This document shows, piece by piece, positions 1 through 9,972 of a stretch of 59,495 nt of DNA. The DNA lies in the IMG/VR virus record IMGVR_UViG_3300024327_000658; one strand, 5' to 3'. The notes beneath the pieces are model-generated. The model was not told where the DNA came from. It saw only the letters and a program-made list of their open reading frames with translations, and did not search any database. This stretch comes from an uncultured virus (IMG/VR IMGVR_UViG_3300024327_000658) (taxonomy: Duplodnaviria; Heunggongvirae; Uroviricota; Caudoviricetes). The position numbers were made by a program, and so were the translations under genes. Within the stretch, counting starts at the first letter, position 1; each line of letters begins with the position of its first letter.

Positions 1-1
1 T

Positions 2-3000
2 AATTGATACTCCATCTTCTTCCAATACAAGATCGCCTATCAAATCAGCAGAAGTTCCTTCTAAAATCATATTATATGTTGTTATATCAAGTAATGAAGT
101 ATTACCAACTGTAGAATTTGCGTTGCTTGAAATGTCAAATTGACCATTACAAGAATGTAAAATTAATATATTATTATTTGATGCATCTAATTCATGTTTA
201 AGCACAATCCCTGTTACCAATTCATTCGATGCGGCTCTTACTTGTGTAACTATACTATTTGATATAAAATTAGCACTAGCATTAAAATCATTTGGTATCG
301 TTGTAGTTTGGGGATAAGTTGCACCCATTCCTATAATAGAAATAACATTTGTTGATGATGATGATATTGTTCCTGCTAAATAATTTTCTAATCTTAATTC
401 TCCATAAGAAATTTCAAAAGATTGTTCATTGTCAATAATTACTTGGTCTCCCTCAGCATAGGTTAGTCCGAAATCAGTAGCTATTGGATTATTAAATGCT
501 AATTTTACACTATCTTCTAATATAAGAATTCCTCCAGAATCTAGAGTCATATAAGCATTTACTGTTCCTTGTAATATATTAGATCCACCCGTTAAAGAAA
601 TTAATCCTAAAGATAAATTTTGATTATTATTAAATATAATTTCATGTTTTGGATCGGAAGATTCTTCTAACAAAATATCATCATCATCTTCTTTTATCGC
701 AAAATCTCCGCCTTCATATTTTAATTTATTATCAAAACCAACATTCAGTTCAACGAGTTCTGGTGTAAATTCTCCAAAAAGTTTTGTTCCCGTAGGATGT
801 AATAATTTAAAAATTATTTCTTGATAGTCGTTGAGTTGTTTATTTACAATTAAAGAATAAGAATAGTCTTGATAAAAATCACTATCAATGAGTTTTTTAT
901 TAGAACTTAATTGCCCATTTTCATCAAGATATATTCCCTCTTCTTTTCTCTGCGCACCAATTCTTGCAGTTAAAACCGCATTTTCTTCACCAAGACCAGG
1001 CAATGATACTTGAGGAGAAGATGTAAACCCAATTCCAGGATCTTGAATTATTATTGATTTAATAGAACCGCTACCAACATCAGCGGCAGAAACACCAATA
1101 ATTGCATTATTTCCTAAATCTCCCCCGGAAGAAAAAGCAACACCTGTATTTACAGTTGCAACCGCTCCCGATTTGGAACCAGTAATAATGTCATTTGAAG
1201 CAAAATCAACAGAAGAAAAAGCATATTCATCATCAACACTATGACCAAAAGGCAATGTAAATTTTACAGAAATATTTTCATCATATGTAATAGTTCCGGT
1301 TGCAGGAGTTACTGGAGAACCGTTTACAGTATACGTAAAAACAGTTGTATTTGCTAGTGCAATTGTTGCGTTCTTATTATATTCTAATTGATCTGCTCCT
1401 TTAATAGCAACTATTTGACCATCAACTAAACCATGTTTCCCATATGTGATCACTGTTGCGGTCGTACTGGAACGTGTAATGCTTGTTATACCAAAATTTA
1501 ATGTCTGATAACCACCCGTTATTTCTATTCCGCCTGATGAAGGATACCAATCACATGTTAAATTATTGTTAGCACTATTAAACAATTCTCTAGAATCAAT
1601 ACCCCGTCTATATTTTATTGTATTAATAAGGGATGATCCCCCAGAGACAAATCGTAAATGATATACTGATGGCTGTGAAGATGTTAAATAAGAAGAATTG
1701 TTTACAAGTATATCATTTCTTTGATCTGCAGGAATCTTTCGAGTTACTAGTTCATCTAGAAATTTTATAGTCTTTACTCTCATCCTAGAAGGATCGGCAA
1801 TACTAGATTGAGAAGTAACTTCGCCAAAAAATGTACCTATTTTATTTCCACTGTTTGAAGTAATTTTTTCTCCAGGAACAAAAAAATCTGTAATTGCAGT
1901 TGTTAAACTATGGTCATCAGGATCGGCATTTAAATTTAAAATTTGAACAGCCGCTTCTGTAAATTCTTCAGTGGTGGGCTCTACAATTGATATCGCAGGA
2001 ATAGCCTCATACCCGGTACCTGATCCGGTTGTTTGTATACTAGAAATGTGTCCCGCATCTAGTTTAGAAAAACCCAACGCATCAATCAATTTATCACTTA
2101 TATTTGATCCAGTATTTCCACTCAATTCATATTCAGGATCATTTAAAAAAACTGATGAAAAATTTCCTATTATGTCTTCATTTTTCGAAAATGTAAAAGT
2201 ATCAATGATATCTTTAACTTTACCATCAAAACCACTTCCCAATGTAGCAAAATTATTTACAGTCAACGTTTTATTTTCAACATATCCGTCTCCACCATCA
2301 AACACAGTAAAATGAGTTAATGAACCAGCACCAATAGTTGATATTTTTGCTTTTGCTTCAACGCCCCCTCCACCAGTGATTGTGAGTTTTTGGCCTATTT
2401 TATAGTTCGATCCTGCTGAAGAAATGATAATTTCAGTTATTAATCCTTGTGATACACCTGTACCATACACTCCATCAACATCATTTGAAATAATTTCTTC
2501 GCCTACAATAAATGTTCCACTTTGGTCGGTTAAAAACAATTCCATTACATCAAAAACACCAGCCGCAAATTTCAAAACACGATTTACAATTCCAAATGCA
2601 CCAGATCGACTTCCTGTAATAGAATGGCTTTCAAATGATGATACGGGATCTGAAGTAATAATTCTAATAGATTGATCTTGTTGCCAATTACCAGAAGAAG
2701 GCTTAAGTATGTCTATTTTTGGGGTATAAAAAGTAAGAGCTTGTGTATCATATAAAGACTTAAATAAAAAATCGTATGAAGCACTTGTTCCTTTTGATCT
2801 GTAAACATTAGATATATGTTTTATTAAACGAGATTTATCTGCACGTAGCTTCATGGGAAAGTTTACTAAAAATTCTTTAGTAAAATTATCCAACATAGAT
2901 GATGTAACACTATCGATATCTCTTGATTTTAATAATGTTCTTGATGCGAAAAGGGGATTTTTTTCAAAACTAATTACAGTACCAATTGTGCGATTATTCG

Positions 3001-3424
3001 ATCCTTTTATTATTTCGCCTACTTCAAAATCTAATTTTGTTACATTTGTTACATAAATTTTACTTGACGCCGTATTAGTGTTTCTATCAACCCTACCCGT
3101 AGCACCTGAACTTAAACCAGTTATTGTTTCGTTTAAATCATAGGCGCTACTAGAATTTCTATTTCCCTCCAGTAATAAGTCATCAGACGTTTCTAAAATA
3201 AAACTACCTTGTTCAGACTCTAAATTAAAATGATACTCGTCTTGAATCACCATTGAAATAGTTAATTCATGTGATTCCATCCATCTATAATAAAGTTTTA
3301 AAAACTCAGAAAAAATTGGACCTTCTTCTTTAACGAAATCTGGTAATTGAGTATCTATTAAATTAGATATTTTACCCACTAATTTAATATTATCTTCGTC
3401 TTTTAAGAAATCGTATTCTGACAT
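2..3424 (-). CDS. gp7: Baseplate wedge initiator, gp7-like (3' end runs off the window; missing from the ORF track)
   Basis: ATG at 3424 lies 1 nt after the gp6 stop. It reads MSEYDFLKDEDNIKLVGKISNLIDTQLPDFVKEEGPIFSEFLKLYYRWME, then YRSKGT..SY.FLFKSLY, and later the gp7-type motif DSDFYQDYSYSL...LLHPTGTKLFGEF. It sits directly downstream of gp6. Confidence 0.85.
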   Translation of the reverse strand, partial: MSEYDFLKDEDNIKLVGKISNLIDTQLPDFVKEEGPIFSEFLKLYYRWMESHELTISMVIQDEYHFNLESEQGSFILETSDDLLLEGNRNSSSAYDLNETITGLSSGATGRVDRNTNTASSKIYVTNVTKLDFEVGEIIKGSNNRTIGTVISFEKNPLFASRTLLKSRDIDSVTSSMLDNFTKEFLVNFPMKLRADKSRLIKHISNVYRSKGTSASYDFLFKSLYDTQALTFYTPKIDILKPSSGNWQQDQSIRIITSDPVSSFESHSITGSRSGAFGIVNRVLKFAAGVFDVMELFLTDQSGTFIVGEEIISNDVDGVYGTGVSQGLITEIIISSAGSNYKIGQKLTITGGGGVEAKAKISTIGAGSLTHFTVFDGGDGYVENKTLTVNNFATLGSGFDGKVKDIIDTFTFSKNEDIIGNFSSVFLNDPEYELSGNTGSNISDKLIDALGFSKLDAGHISSIQTTGSGTGYEAIPAISIVEPTTEEFTEAAVQILNLNADPDDHSLTTAITDFFVPGEKITSNSGNKIGTFFGEVTSQSSIADPSRMRVKTIKFLDELVTRKIPADQRNDILVNNSSYLTSSQPSVYHLRFVSGGSSLINTIKYRRGIDSRELFNSANNNLTCDWYPSSGGIEITGGYQTLNFGITSITRSSTTATVITYGKHGLVDGQIVAIKGADQLEYNKNATIALANTTVFTYTVNGSPVTPATGTITYDENISVKFTLPFGHSVDDEYAFSSVDFASNDIITGSKSGAVATVNTGVAFSSGGDLGNNAIIGVSAADVGSGSIKSIIIQDPGIGFTSSPQVSLPGLGEENAVLTARIGAQRKEEGIYLDENGQLSSNKKLIDSDFYQDYSYSLIVNKQLNDYQEIIFKLLHPTGTKLFGEFTPELVELNVGFDNKLKYEGGDFAIKEDDDDILLEESSDPKHEIIFNNNQNLSLGLISLTGGSNILQGTVNAYMTLDSGGILILEDSVKLAFNNPIATDFGLTYAEGDQVIIDNEQSFEISYGELRLENYLAGTISSSSTNVISIIGMGATYPQTTTIPNDFNASANFISNSIVTQVRAASNELVTGIVLKHELDASNNNILILHSCNGQFDISSNANSTVGNTSLLDITTYNMILEGTSADLIGDLVLEEDGVSI

Positions 3425-3425
3425 A

Positions 3426-5291
3426 TTAATAATTCACTATTGTAGTTTGAGTTGTTGCGGAATCAGTAGTAATAACTTGAGTTTGGTCAATAACTGTGGA
3501 AACATCATTCATTTTCAAATTAATATCCATTTCTTGAATTGTAATTAATTGCGCCCTCAAAGATAAAACATCACTTAAAACTGGTATCATTATTATGCTA
3601 ATTTCATTACCAATATATGAAAAAGGATCAAAAGCATTTAATATTAGTTTTCCAGTTATATAATTAACTGTACCAATATTATCTCTAACAAACAATTCAG
3701 TTCCTTCAGAATTTATTCTATAGATTTTTAGCACACCATTAAAATCTTTTATTCTACAGCCCTGTCTTAAAACATTTTGGTCATCTGTAATAGTAAATGA
3801 AGTAGAAGATATAGTAGCAGAATGATTCAAGTGAGGATGACTAATAGGATTATTATAGTTTAAAATATATGTTGATGAAGTATTCAATATTGGAGTTATT
3901 GTTTTTCTCAATCTAATAGCACAATCATTACCTAATATAGAAAAATCAGTACTGTCAATTTTTGTTTGTAATTTTGACAGTCTAAATGTCTGTTCGAATT
4001 TATAAAGGTCCTCAGAAACATATGATTGTATAGACCTTATAATACCACTTCTTAATGTTTGTGAAGTTTTTATTGTTTTTCGAGAATCAAAATTAACAGT
4101 TGTTGTTAATAAAATATAGATATAATCTAAATCAACAAACTCAGGCGTTATAGACGCAACGTTATATTTTTTAATAATATTGGTTTTAATATGATTTTTT
4201 ATCGAATCAGTTAAATAAAGTCCTGATTTAGGTTTTATGCCTATAAAAACCTTCCCATATTCTGGTGGATCTGCATCTTCTCCGCCATATACAACTATTG
4301 ATTCTGCTAACGGATAATCTCTTAATATTATTCTTTTATAATCGTCCGTTGTTACTGCTCGATTTTGAGTACTATAGTGCCTAGGAGCATTAAATCTTAT
4401 AGAATTAATAGTTTCTTCTTCTGACCCACCCTCTGCTTTACTATTAGTCGTAATATTAACGGCCGAATAACCACCAGCAGTTGTCGCAACAGCGAAATTA
4501 TTTGCACCATTTCCTAAACCACCCGAGCAGATATTATAATTAATAATAACAATATTACCCGTTATTAATTTTCTTCCTAAAACCCCGTCTCCAAATTTTA
4601 TTTCGGTTAAAAAATCTGTACTTTCTTCTATAAAAAACACATTTGACGTTGAACTAAGTTCAATCAAATCGGATGCTTGATTATAAGGAGATAATATTGT
4701 ACTAGAAGAATTTTCTTTAATAGAAACTGTAATTGTCGAATGGTCAACTCCTCTATTAGGGACAGTAAATCTTTGTGACGAATCTTGTGTATTAGCAGTA
4801 TAATTATAAGTTAAAGGATCTCCCTCGATTAATGAAACATTTTGCACAACAACAGTTGCATTATCAGAATTTGCAGTTGTTGAATATGACTGATCTGTTA
4901 CAAAAGTATAATTAATACCATTTATGGCAGAACCGAATCTTGTATTTTTTGCTATAGTAATATTTGCTGGAGCATCATCAGGAGTTATTGATATATTTAC
5001 ATTTGCTTTTGCGCCGGTTCTTGATTTTGGAACATATCCTAATAGTTTAGACAAAGAAATCATGGCACTTCTGGTAGTCGCTGAATCTATAAACATTTCA
5101 TTTGCAACCATGTTCAAATAAAAAGCATTATAATGAGTATTGTACGCTAAAATATCTAATAAATGAGCAATAGTAGAACCATCTAAATTATAGTCTCTAA
5201 AAACATCTTGTTCTTTAAGATAGCTTTTAAAATTGGTTTTTATTTGATCAAAATCTAATTCTGAAACTCTTAATTTAGTAGTTTCTGACAT
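3426..5291 (-). CDS. gp6: Baseplate wedge subunit
   Basis: ELDFDQIKTNFKSYL, LLDILAYNTHYNAFYLNM, FGDGVLG and QNRAVTTDDY are characteristic T4 gp6 motifs. Confidence 0.95.
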   Translation of the reverse strand: MSETTKLRVSELDFDQIKTNFKSYLKEQDVFRDYNLDGSTIAHLLDILAYNTHYNAFYLNMVANEMFIDSATTRSAMISLSKLLGYVPKSRTGAKANVNISITPDDAPANITIAKNTRFGSAINGINYTFVTDQSYSTTANSDNATVVVQNVSLIEGDPLTYNYTANTQDSSQRFTVPNRGVDHSTITVSIKENSSSTILSPYNQASDLIELSSTSNVFFIEESTDFLTEIKFGDGVLGRKLITGNIVIINYNICSGGLGNGANNFAVATTAGGYSAVNITTNSKAEGGSEEETINSIRFNAPRHYSTQNRAVTTDDYKRIILRDYPLAESIVVYGGEDADPPEYGKVFIGIKPKSGLYLTDSIKNHIKTNIIKKYNVASITPEFVDLDYIYILLTTTVNFDSRKTIKTSQTLRSGIIRSIQSYVSEDLYKFEQTFRLSKLQTKIDSTDFSILGNDCAIRLRKTITPILNTSSTYILNYNNPISHPHLNHSATISSTSFTITDDQNVLRQGCRIKDFNGVLKIYRINSEGTELFVRDNIGTVNYITGKLILNAFDPFSYIGNEISIIMIPVLSDVLSLRAQLITIQEMDINLKMNDVSTVIDQTQVITTDSATTQTTIVNY

Positions 5292-5768
5292 TTAATTACC
5301 TCTTGTTGATTCTAAAAATGCTGTAAATGTTACTGGTTCAGATTCATTTACAACTGAAAAAATTATCTTAATGCGATAACCTGCACCATCTCTCTCATTA
5401 TTAACAATTACGTCTAATATATTTGCTCTGGGTTCAAAGTTCGCAACTACAGATCTAATTTCATCTTCAATCAATTGTTCAGTAATTATATCGTGCGGCT
5501 CAAATAACAAATCCATTATGTTTGAACCAATACCGGGCTGAAACACCCTTTCAAATTTTCTAGTTAGAATTAATTTTTTCAAAGATTCTTTTACTGCATT
5601 AGACCCTGTTTTTAAAGCAAGGTCTCCTGTATTAGGATTATGATAAAATTGTATATTTAAATCTCTAGGTGATAGTAGAGACAAAAATCTAATTGATTGC
5701 CTATCAGTAAGATCTAGTTGAGCCTGATCAAAGGTATAAAAGTCTTCTTGAGTTGAATTTGTAGCCAT
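5292..5768 (-). CDS. gp25: Baseplate wedge subunit gp25
   Basis: GPW/gp25 motifs (NAVKESLKKLILT..FERVFQPGIGS..MDLLFEP, FEPRA). The start is placed at MATNS (5768), just downstream of a late-promoter motif; the longer ORF-track start overlaps the upstream gene. Confidence 0.9.
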   Translation of the reverse strand: MATNSTQEDFYTFDQAQLDLTDRQSIRFLSLLSPRDLNIQFYHNPNTGDLALKTGSNAVKESLKKLILTRKFERVFQPGIGSNIMDLLFEPHDIITEQLIEDEIRSVVANFEPRANILDVIVNNERDGAGYRIKIIFSVVNESEPVTFTAFLESTRGN

Positions 5769-5773
5769 ATGTA

Positions 5774-5781
5774 TATTTAGT
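5774..5781 (-). promoter_or_regulatory. Putative T4-type late promoter (ACTAAATA)
   Basis: Variant of the gp55-dependent TATAAATA, intergenic and 5 nt upstream of the gp25 ATG. Confidence 0.6.
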
Positions 5782-5790
5782 CTTATTTTC

Positions 5791-6030
5791 TTATGAGAGA
5801 GTTCCTTTGCCTGTTCCCGCTCCAGAACCCGTTGTTGGACCCCCACCAGTTGAGCATACACCAACTCCAGTGGTTACAGTAGTCACTGAAGTAGTAACAT
5901 CTGCGGCACTTACATAAGTGTGTATTGCAGTAGCCAATAATTCAGCAACTTTTTCTTCTGATCCTGCCGCAGATCCAATTTTAAATGCGGACTTTATATT
6001 AGTTTCTAATGTTTTTTTAAGCAGTGGCAT
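5791..6030 (-). CDS. Small virion protein, 79 aa; candidate non-PAAR spike-tip protein
   Basis: AGGAGA RBS. N-terminal helical part followed by a Gly/Thr-rich beta-like C-terminus (GGGPTTGSGAGTGKGTLS). It occupies the position between gp5 and gp25. Confidence 0.55.
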   Translation of the reverse strand: MPLLKKTLETNIKSAFKIGSAAGSEEKVAELLATAIHTYVSAADVTTSVTTVTTGVGVCSTGGGPTTGSGAGTGKGTLS

Positions 6031-6039
6031 ACTGTCTCC

Positions 6040-9000
6040 TTATGCGGCAGTTGTGAATGAATTAAACCACGTTACATTTGTGGTTAAAGATTTTCCCCCT
6101 TCATTTGTTCCCCCCACAGTAGATCCGACTCTTAAAAAATATCGAGTTCCCGCACTTAAACTTGCACCAAGTTGTATTTTTATTTGTGTTCCGAATTTAC
6201 CGCACGGTGTAAGTGTTCCATTACCTATAGCGATAGTGGTTCCTGGAGAAAAATCATGAGCCGTTCCTAATTCTATTTCTGAATTCAATGCAAACGATGT
6301 CACATCAGGAACTTCATTAAAGTGTATGATAATAGGAGTTGATTTTGATATTACTGAAGATTGACTCGGCATATTTACAGCCAAAGCGGAACCTACTTCT
6401 AATTCTATTTCTTGACCGTCTGCGGTGTAAACAGAAGCGTTCACTGCTTTAAAATCAATATTTGTGGCAGTATTAGCATAATACAATGTAGTAGAAAAAG
6501 CATTCTGCAAATTCATATCACCTTTATTTTTTGCTGTCTGAGTCACCTTAGCATAGAGGTTTTTATTTTGTGTTAAATTTAAACTCGTGTTTGACAATAT
6601 TGCTGGTTGAAATTCAAATACAGTTTCATTATTTGAAGTAATAAAGCTTGTACTCAATGGTATTGTATTCTGAAACCCGCTATCGTATGAAAGTAATATA
6701 TTATAACCACTACGGACAGCGGAATCTACAGCATTAAAATTAATACTTTCATCATCCATTGTTTGATTAAACGTGTAGATAACATTTGACTGAACATTAA
6801 TAGAATTTTTAATTGATCCGCTTGTTGACACTAAACTGCCATCAGTATTAGTAAAAAACACATTTGCTACAATTGCAGTAGATGCGGTTTTAAATCCTGC
6901 ACCAACCAAACCAGCTGTCCCAGCACTTCCTGTCCAAGCATAACCGTTCGATGTTCTTCCTACAATCCTTTCTATTGATGAAGTTCCGGCTAAAAATTCA
7001 TTATCTTTTTTATTGTCTCTATACAATATTCTTTTAGTTCCTGATGTAAAAGAAACAACATTTCCTTCTGCGGGATCAGTTATTGCAACATTATCAATTG
7101 TAAAATTAACAGAACTATTTACTTTACACTCTTCGCCAGGAACCAAGGATTTAATAGATCCATCTTGACCGGGCAATTCCGTATATCTAATAGACGTTAT
7201 AGCAGAATCGACTTCAATAGCATCTAAAATTTGTCCATAACCCTTTGATGTTGTTCCCAAGAACGTATCTCCAGCAGTTAATCCAGTAGTTATTGTTCCT
7301 GTATTTGATTTAATCGTTAAAGTAATAATACCCGATATAATTTCCCCTGGAACAAAATAATCGGCAGAAGAAGGTGGATTGCTTTCTATCGAAAAAGTTT
7401 TTATAGAACTCACATTATCTGCTATCATTTGATTTCCTTCTTGCGAAGAATCACGAACGCTCTTAAAAACTTTTAAAGTATAAACAGTGTTTGCTGACAA
7501 ATTCGCTACAGGAGTGAATTTAAATGTATCATTATCTTCATCTGTCGATGATACACGCGGAATCGATGACATTTGTACAACTGTATTGTAATTATCAGAA
7601 GATAATTGGACTGTCCCGGTAGGCACCGTACTTGTGGTTGCAGAAGTTATTGAATTTATATTCATACTCTCGGAAAACTGAATTACTAAAGATTCACCAT
7701 TAAAATTTATGGGAACAGATTGATAATCATCAGGAGAGGTTATTTCAGAAAGAGTTCCGCTTTCAAAAACTTTTCCCGCAAATCCAGAAGCACCAAAATC
7801 ACTTGAACCAAATATTTTTTTAATTTCTGGCGGATCTTCGTCTTTTGAATAAATCACTTCTTTACCGGTTATTGGATCTCTGACAACCAAACCAGTCGCA
7901 ATACCTTCAGTTGTTGTGAATTCATAAAGACTATTTGTTTTTCCCAAATCTTGAATAGATGTTGTTGCTTTTATTTTATATCGATGTTCTCTTTTAAGAA
8001 TTTCAGGAATAACCGCAAAAACAGAATTACCCGCACTTGCTACTATTGAAACGCAAGATTCAATATCTTCAAAACCAGAATCGGATAACTGTATTGTGCT
8101 TGAAGATGAATCTTGCAAATATGCCCACGAATTAGAAGTTACAAAATCCCCAGTTGATCCATTTGCTGAAATTAAATGAGTACTGTTCGCAACTATAATG
8201 GTGCTTGTATTCATAGATTGACTGAAATTTATGAATATAGAATTAAATCTTTCATCATAAGTAGCTCCATTATCATTACTAATTTGAAGTTTGGGATTGC
8301 CGGGAGCGGGACTCTGTACACCTGAAAAATTACTAGTTGACCCCATATCATATTGAAAAGTATTTGAAGACGGAACATACAAAACAGTTTTTGTCGTATT
8401 ATAAATCGATTGAGTAGATCCAACAATTTTTATAAAACTACCGGTAGATAAATTATGAGGATGATTTGTAGACACAAGAGCAATAGCACCTTTTCTTGTA
8501 ATTTGGGTAATTGTCAATTTTCTAGGAAACGATCCTCCATTTTCAGGAAAGGTTGAAATCACTTTCGGAGCCGATGAATGAAAAGGATGCACATTATGTT
8601 CAGGAGAAGTATTCGCTTTTATATGAAAGCGAGTATAAGTATTCTGGGTCAAAGAAGTTGAAATATCAACTATAGAATTATTAACAAAAGAATCAGTTGT
8701 GATTTTTGCTTCAGAATCAATTGGAACATATGATAGAGTTGAATTATTGAACTTTATTAAGTTCCCTTTTGCACTTGAACTGGTTGGTCCGCTATCTTTA
8801 ATTGTATAAAATGTTTTATTCATCAAGTTATCGAGCCCATTAATCGAATTTTTCTGAGAGACAGATAATGATTTTTTTCTTATAGTATACGTATTAGACG
8901 CACTATTCGCTGATTTAGACCACATTAATAAATCATTTTTATTCACATTTCTGTAATAATTTAACCCACCGGCATCACTTGCTCTACCATCCACTGGAAT

Positions 9001-9972
9001 AGAAAAAGTGTCTGAAGTAATTTCTGTTATTGTATATTCACCTATAGTGACTGCATTTCCACTTACGACATCGTAAATTTCGATTTTATCATTATCAATT
9101 AGGTGATGATTTATGCTAGTTATCACTATAGGATTTGTAGCAGTATAAGTCACATTCATGTTATACGAATCAGGCTCTAATTGATATGTTAATTTCGTCC
9201 CATCTATAGATTGAATTTTTAAAACAGTTGATGCAGAAATTGTTCCATTTGCCCGATATAACCTCATATCATCCCCGCTCTCAAATTGTGGATGAGCATC
9301 GTTTGCTGAGACAGGACCTATTTCAGTTCCAAGCAATGAAGCAGGTTCAACTTGCATTGAAAATCCGTTATAATAATCGTTTGTAGTCACAAAACTCATT
9401 GTATTATCAGTAACAAACCCCTTTTCAGTATTATAACTAATTTTTGATCCAGTCCAGTCAACTAAAGCATCATTATCTATTTTTAAAAAATAAGTGGTAT
9501 TAGAAGAAAGATTTGCTTTTGGGGTAAATTCATAAGTTATATTATCATCTGTTTTTGCAAGAGAAGACATTTCTACAAATTCGTCAATTGCAATGTTAGT
9601 ATATGCGGTTTCTGGTAAAGAAGTCAATTTTAAGGATTGTAGATTATTGTCATCAGCAACATTTCCGGTAGTTCCAGTGACAACATGCGTTAGACCAATA
9701 GTTCCTATTACATTTTGATAAGCAACAGGTAATTCAATATCTTTATTAAATGTTTTGACAGAACTATTATCAACTTCTTGTGTAAACTTTATAGAAATTT
9801 TATTATCGATATCAGTAAAAATAGAACCGTTTTTTAAATCATCATTAGAATAATAATCCACGCCAGAAATACCAGATGTTCCAGCATATTCATATATTCC
9901 CGAATCACCAGCACTTCCGCTTGATGAATAAGTTGTATAAGTTCCTGTTCTAGAAATTGCATTGTTAGACAT
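6040..9972 (-). CDS. Large Ig-like (SbsA/Big_5-type repeat) virion structural protein, 1310 aa
   Basis: About five repeats of I.I.F(S/N)..M...SI ... F.P...L..NT.Y.L.V; Ser/Thr/Asn-rich; located within the baseplate operon. Confidence 0.7.
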   Translation of the reverse strand: MSNNAISRTGTYTTYSSSGSAGDSGIYEYAGTSGISGVDYYSNDDLKNGSIFTDIDNKISIKFTQEVDNSSVKTFNKDIELPVAYQNVIGTIGLTHVVTGTTGNVADDNNLQSLKLTSLPETAYTNIAIDEFVEMSSLAKTDDNITYEFTPKANLSSNTTYFLKIDNDALVDWTGSKISYNTEKGFVTDNTMSFVTTNDYYNGFSMQVEPASLLGTEIGPVSANDAHPQFESGDDMRLYRANGTISASTVLKIQSIDGTKLTYQLEPDSYNMNVTYTATNPIVITSINHHLIDNDKIEIYDVVSGNAVTIGEYTITEITSDTFSIPVDGRASDAGGLNYYRNVNKNDLLMWSKSANSASNTYTIRKKSLSVSQKNSINGLDNLMNKTFYTIKDSGPTSSSAKGNLIKFNNSTLSYVPIDSEAKITTDSFVNNSIVDISTSLTQNTYTRFHIKANTSPEHNVHPFHSSAPKVISTFPENGGSFPRKLTITQITRKGAIALVSTNHPHNLSTGSFIKIVGSTQSIYNTTKTVLYVPSSNTFQYDMGSTSNFSGVQSPAPGNPKLQISNDNGATYDERFNSIFINFSQSMNTSTIIVANSTHLISANGSTGDFVTSNSWAYLQDSSSSTIQLSDSGFEDIESCVSIVASAGNSVFAVIPEILKREHRYKIKATTSIQDLGKTNSLYEFTTTEGIATGLVVRDPITGKEVIYSKDEDPPEIKKIFGSSDFGASGFAGKVFESGTLSEITSPDDYQSVPINFNGESLVIQFSESMNINSITSATTSTVPTGTVQLSSDNYNTVVQMSSIPRVSSTDEDNDTFKFTPVANLSANTVYTLKVFKSVRDSSQEGNQMIADNVSSIKTFSIESNPPSSADYFVPGEIISGIITLTIKSNTGTITTGLTAGDTFLGTTSKGYGQILDAIEVDSAITSIRYTELPGQDGSIKSLVPGEECKVNSSVNFTIDNVAITDPAEGNVVSFTSGTKRILYRDNKKDNEFLAGTSSIERIVGRTSNGYAWTGSAGTAGLVGAGFKTASTAIVANVFFTNTDGSLVSTSGSIKNSINVQSNVIYTFNQTMDDESINFNAVDSAVRSGYNILLSYDSGFQNTIPLSTSFITSNNETVFEFQPAILSNTSLNLTQNKNLYAKVTQTAKNKGDMNLQNAFSTTLYYANTATNIDFKAVNASVYTADGQEIELEVGSALAVNMPSQSSVISKSTPIIIHFNEVPDVTSFALNSEIELGTAHDFSPGTTIAIGNGTLTPCGKFGTQIKIQLGASLSAGTRYFLRVGSTVGGTNEGGKSLTTNVTWFNSFTTAA

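Noticed and set aside
1971..3056. Three + strand ORFs (114, 83 and 67 aa) in the ORF track
   Set aside because: They are antisense shadows of the long minus-strand gp7 frame. The same applies to the many short antisense or alternate-frame ORFs inside other genes.
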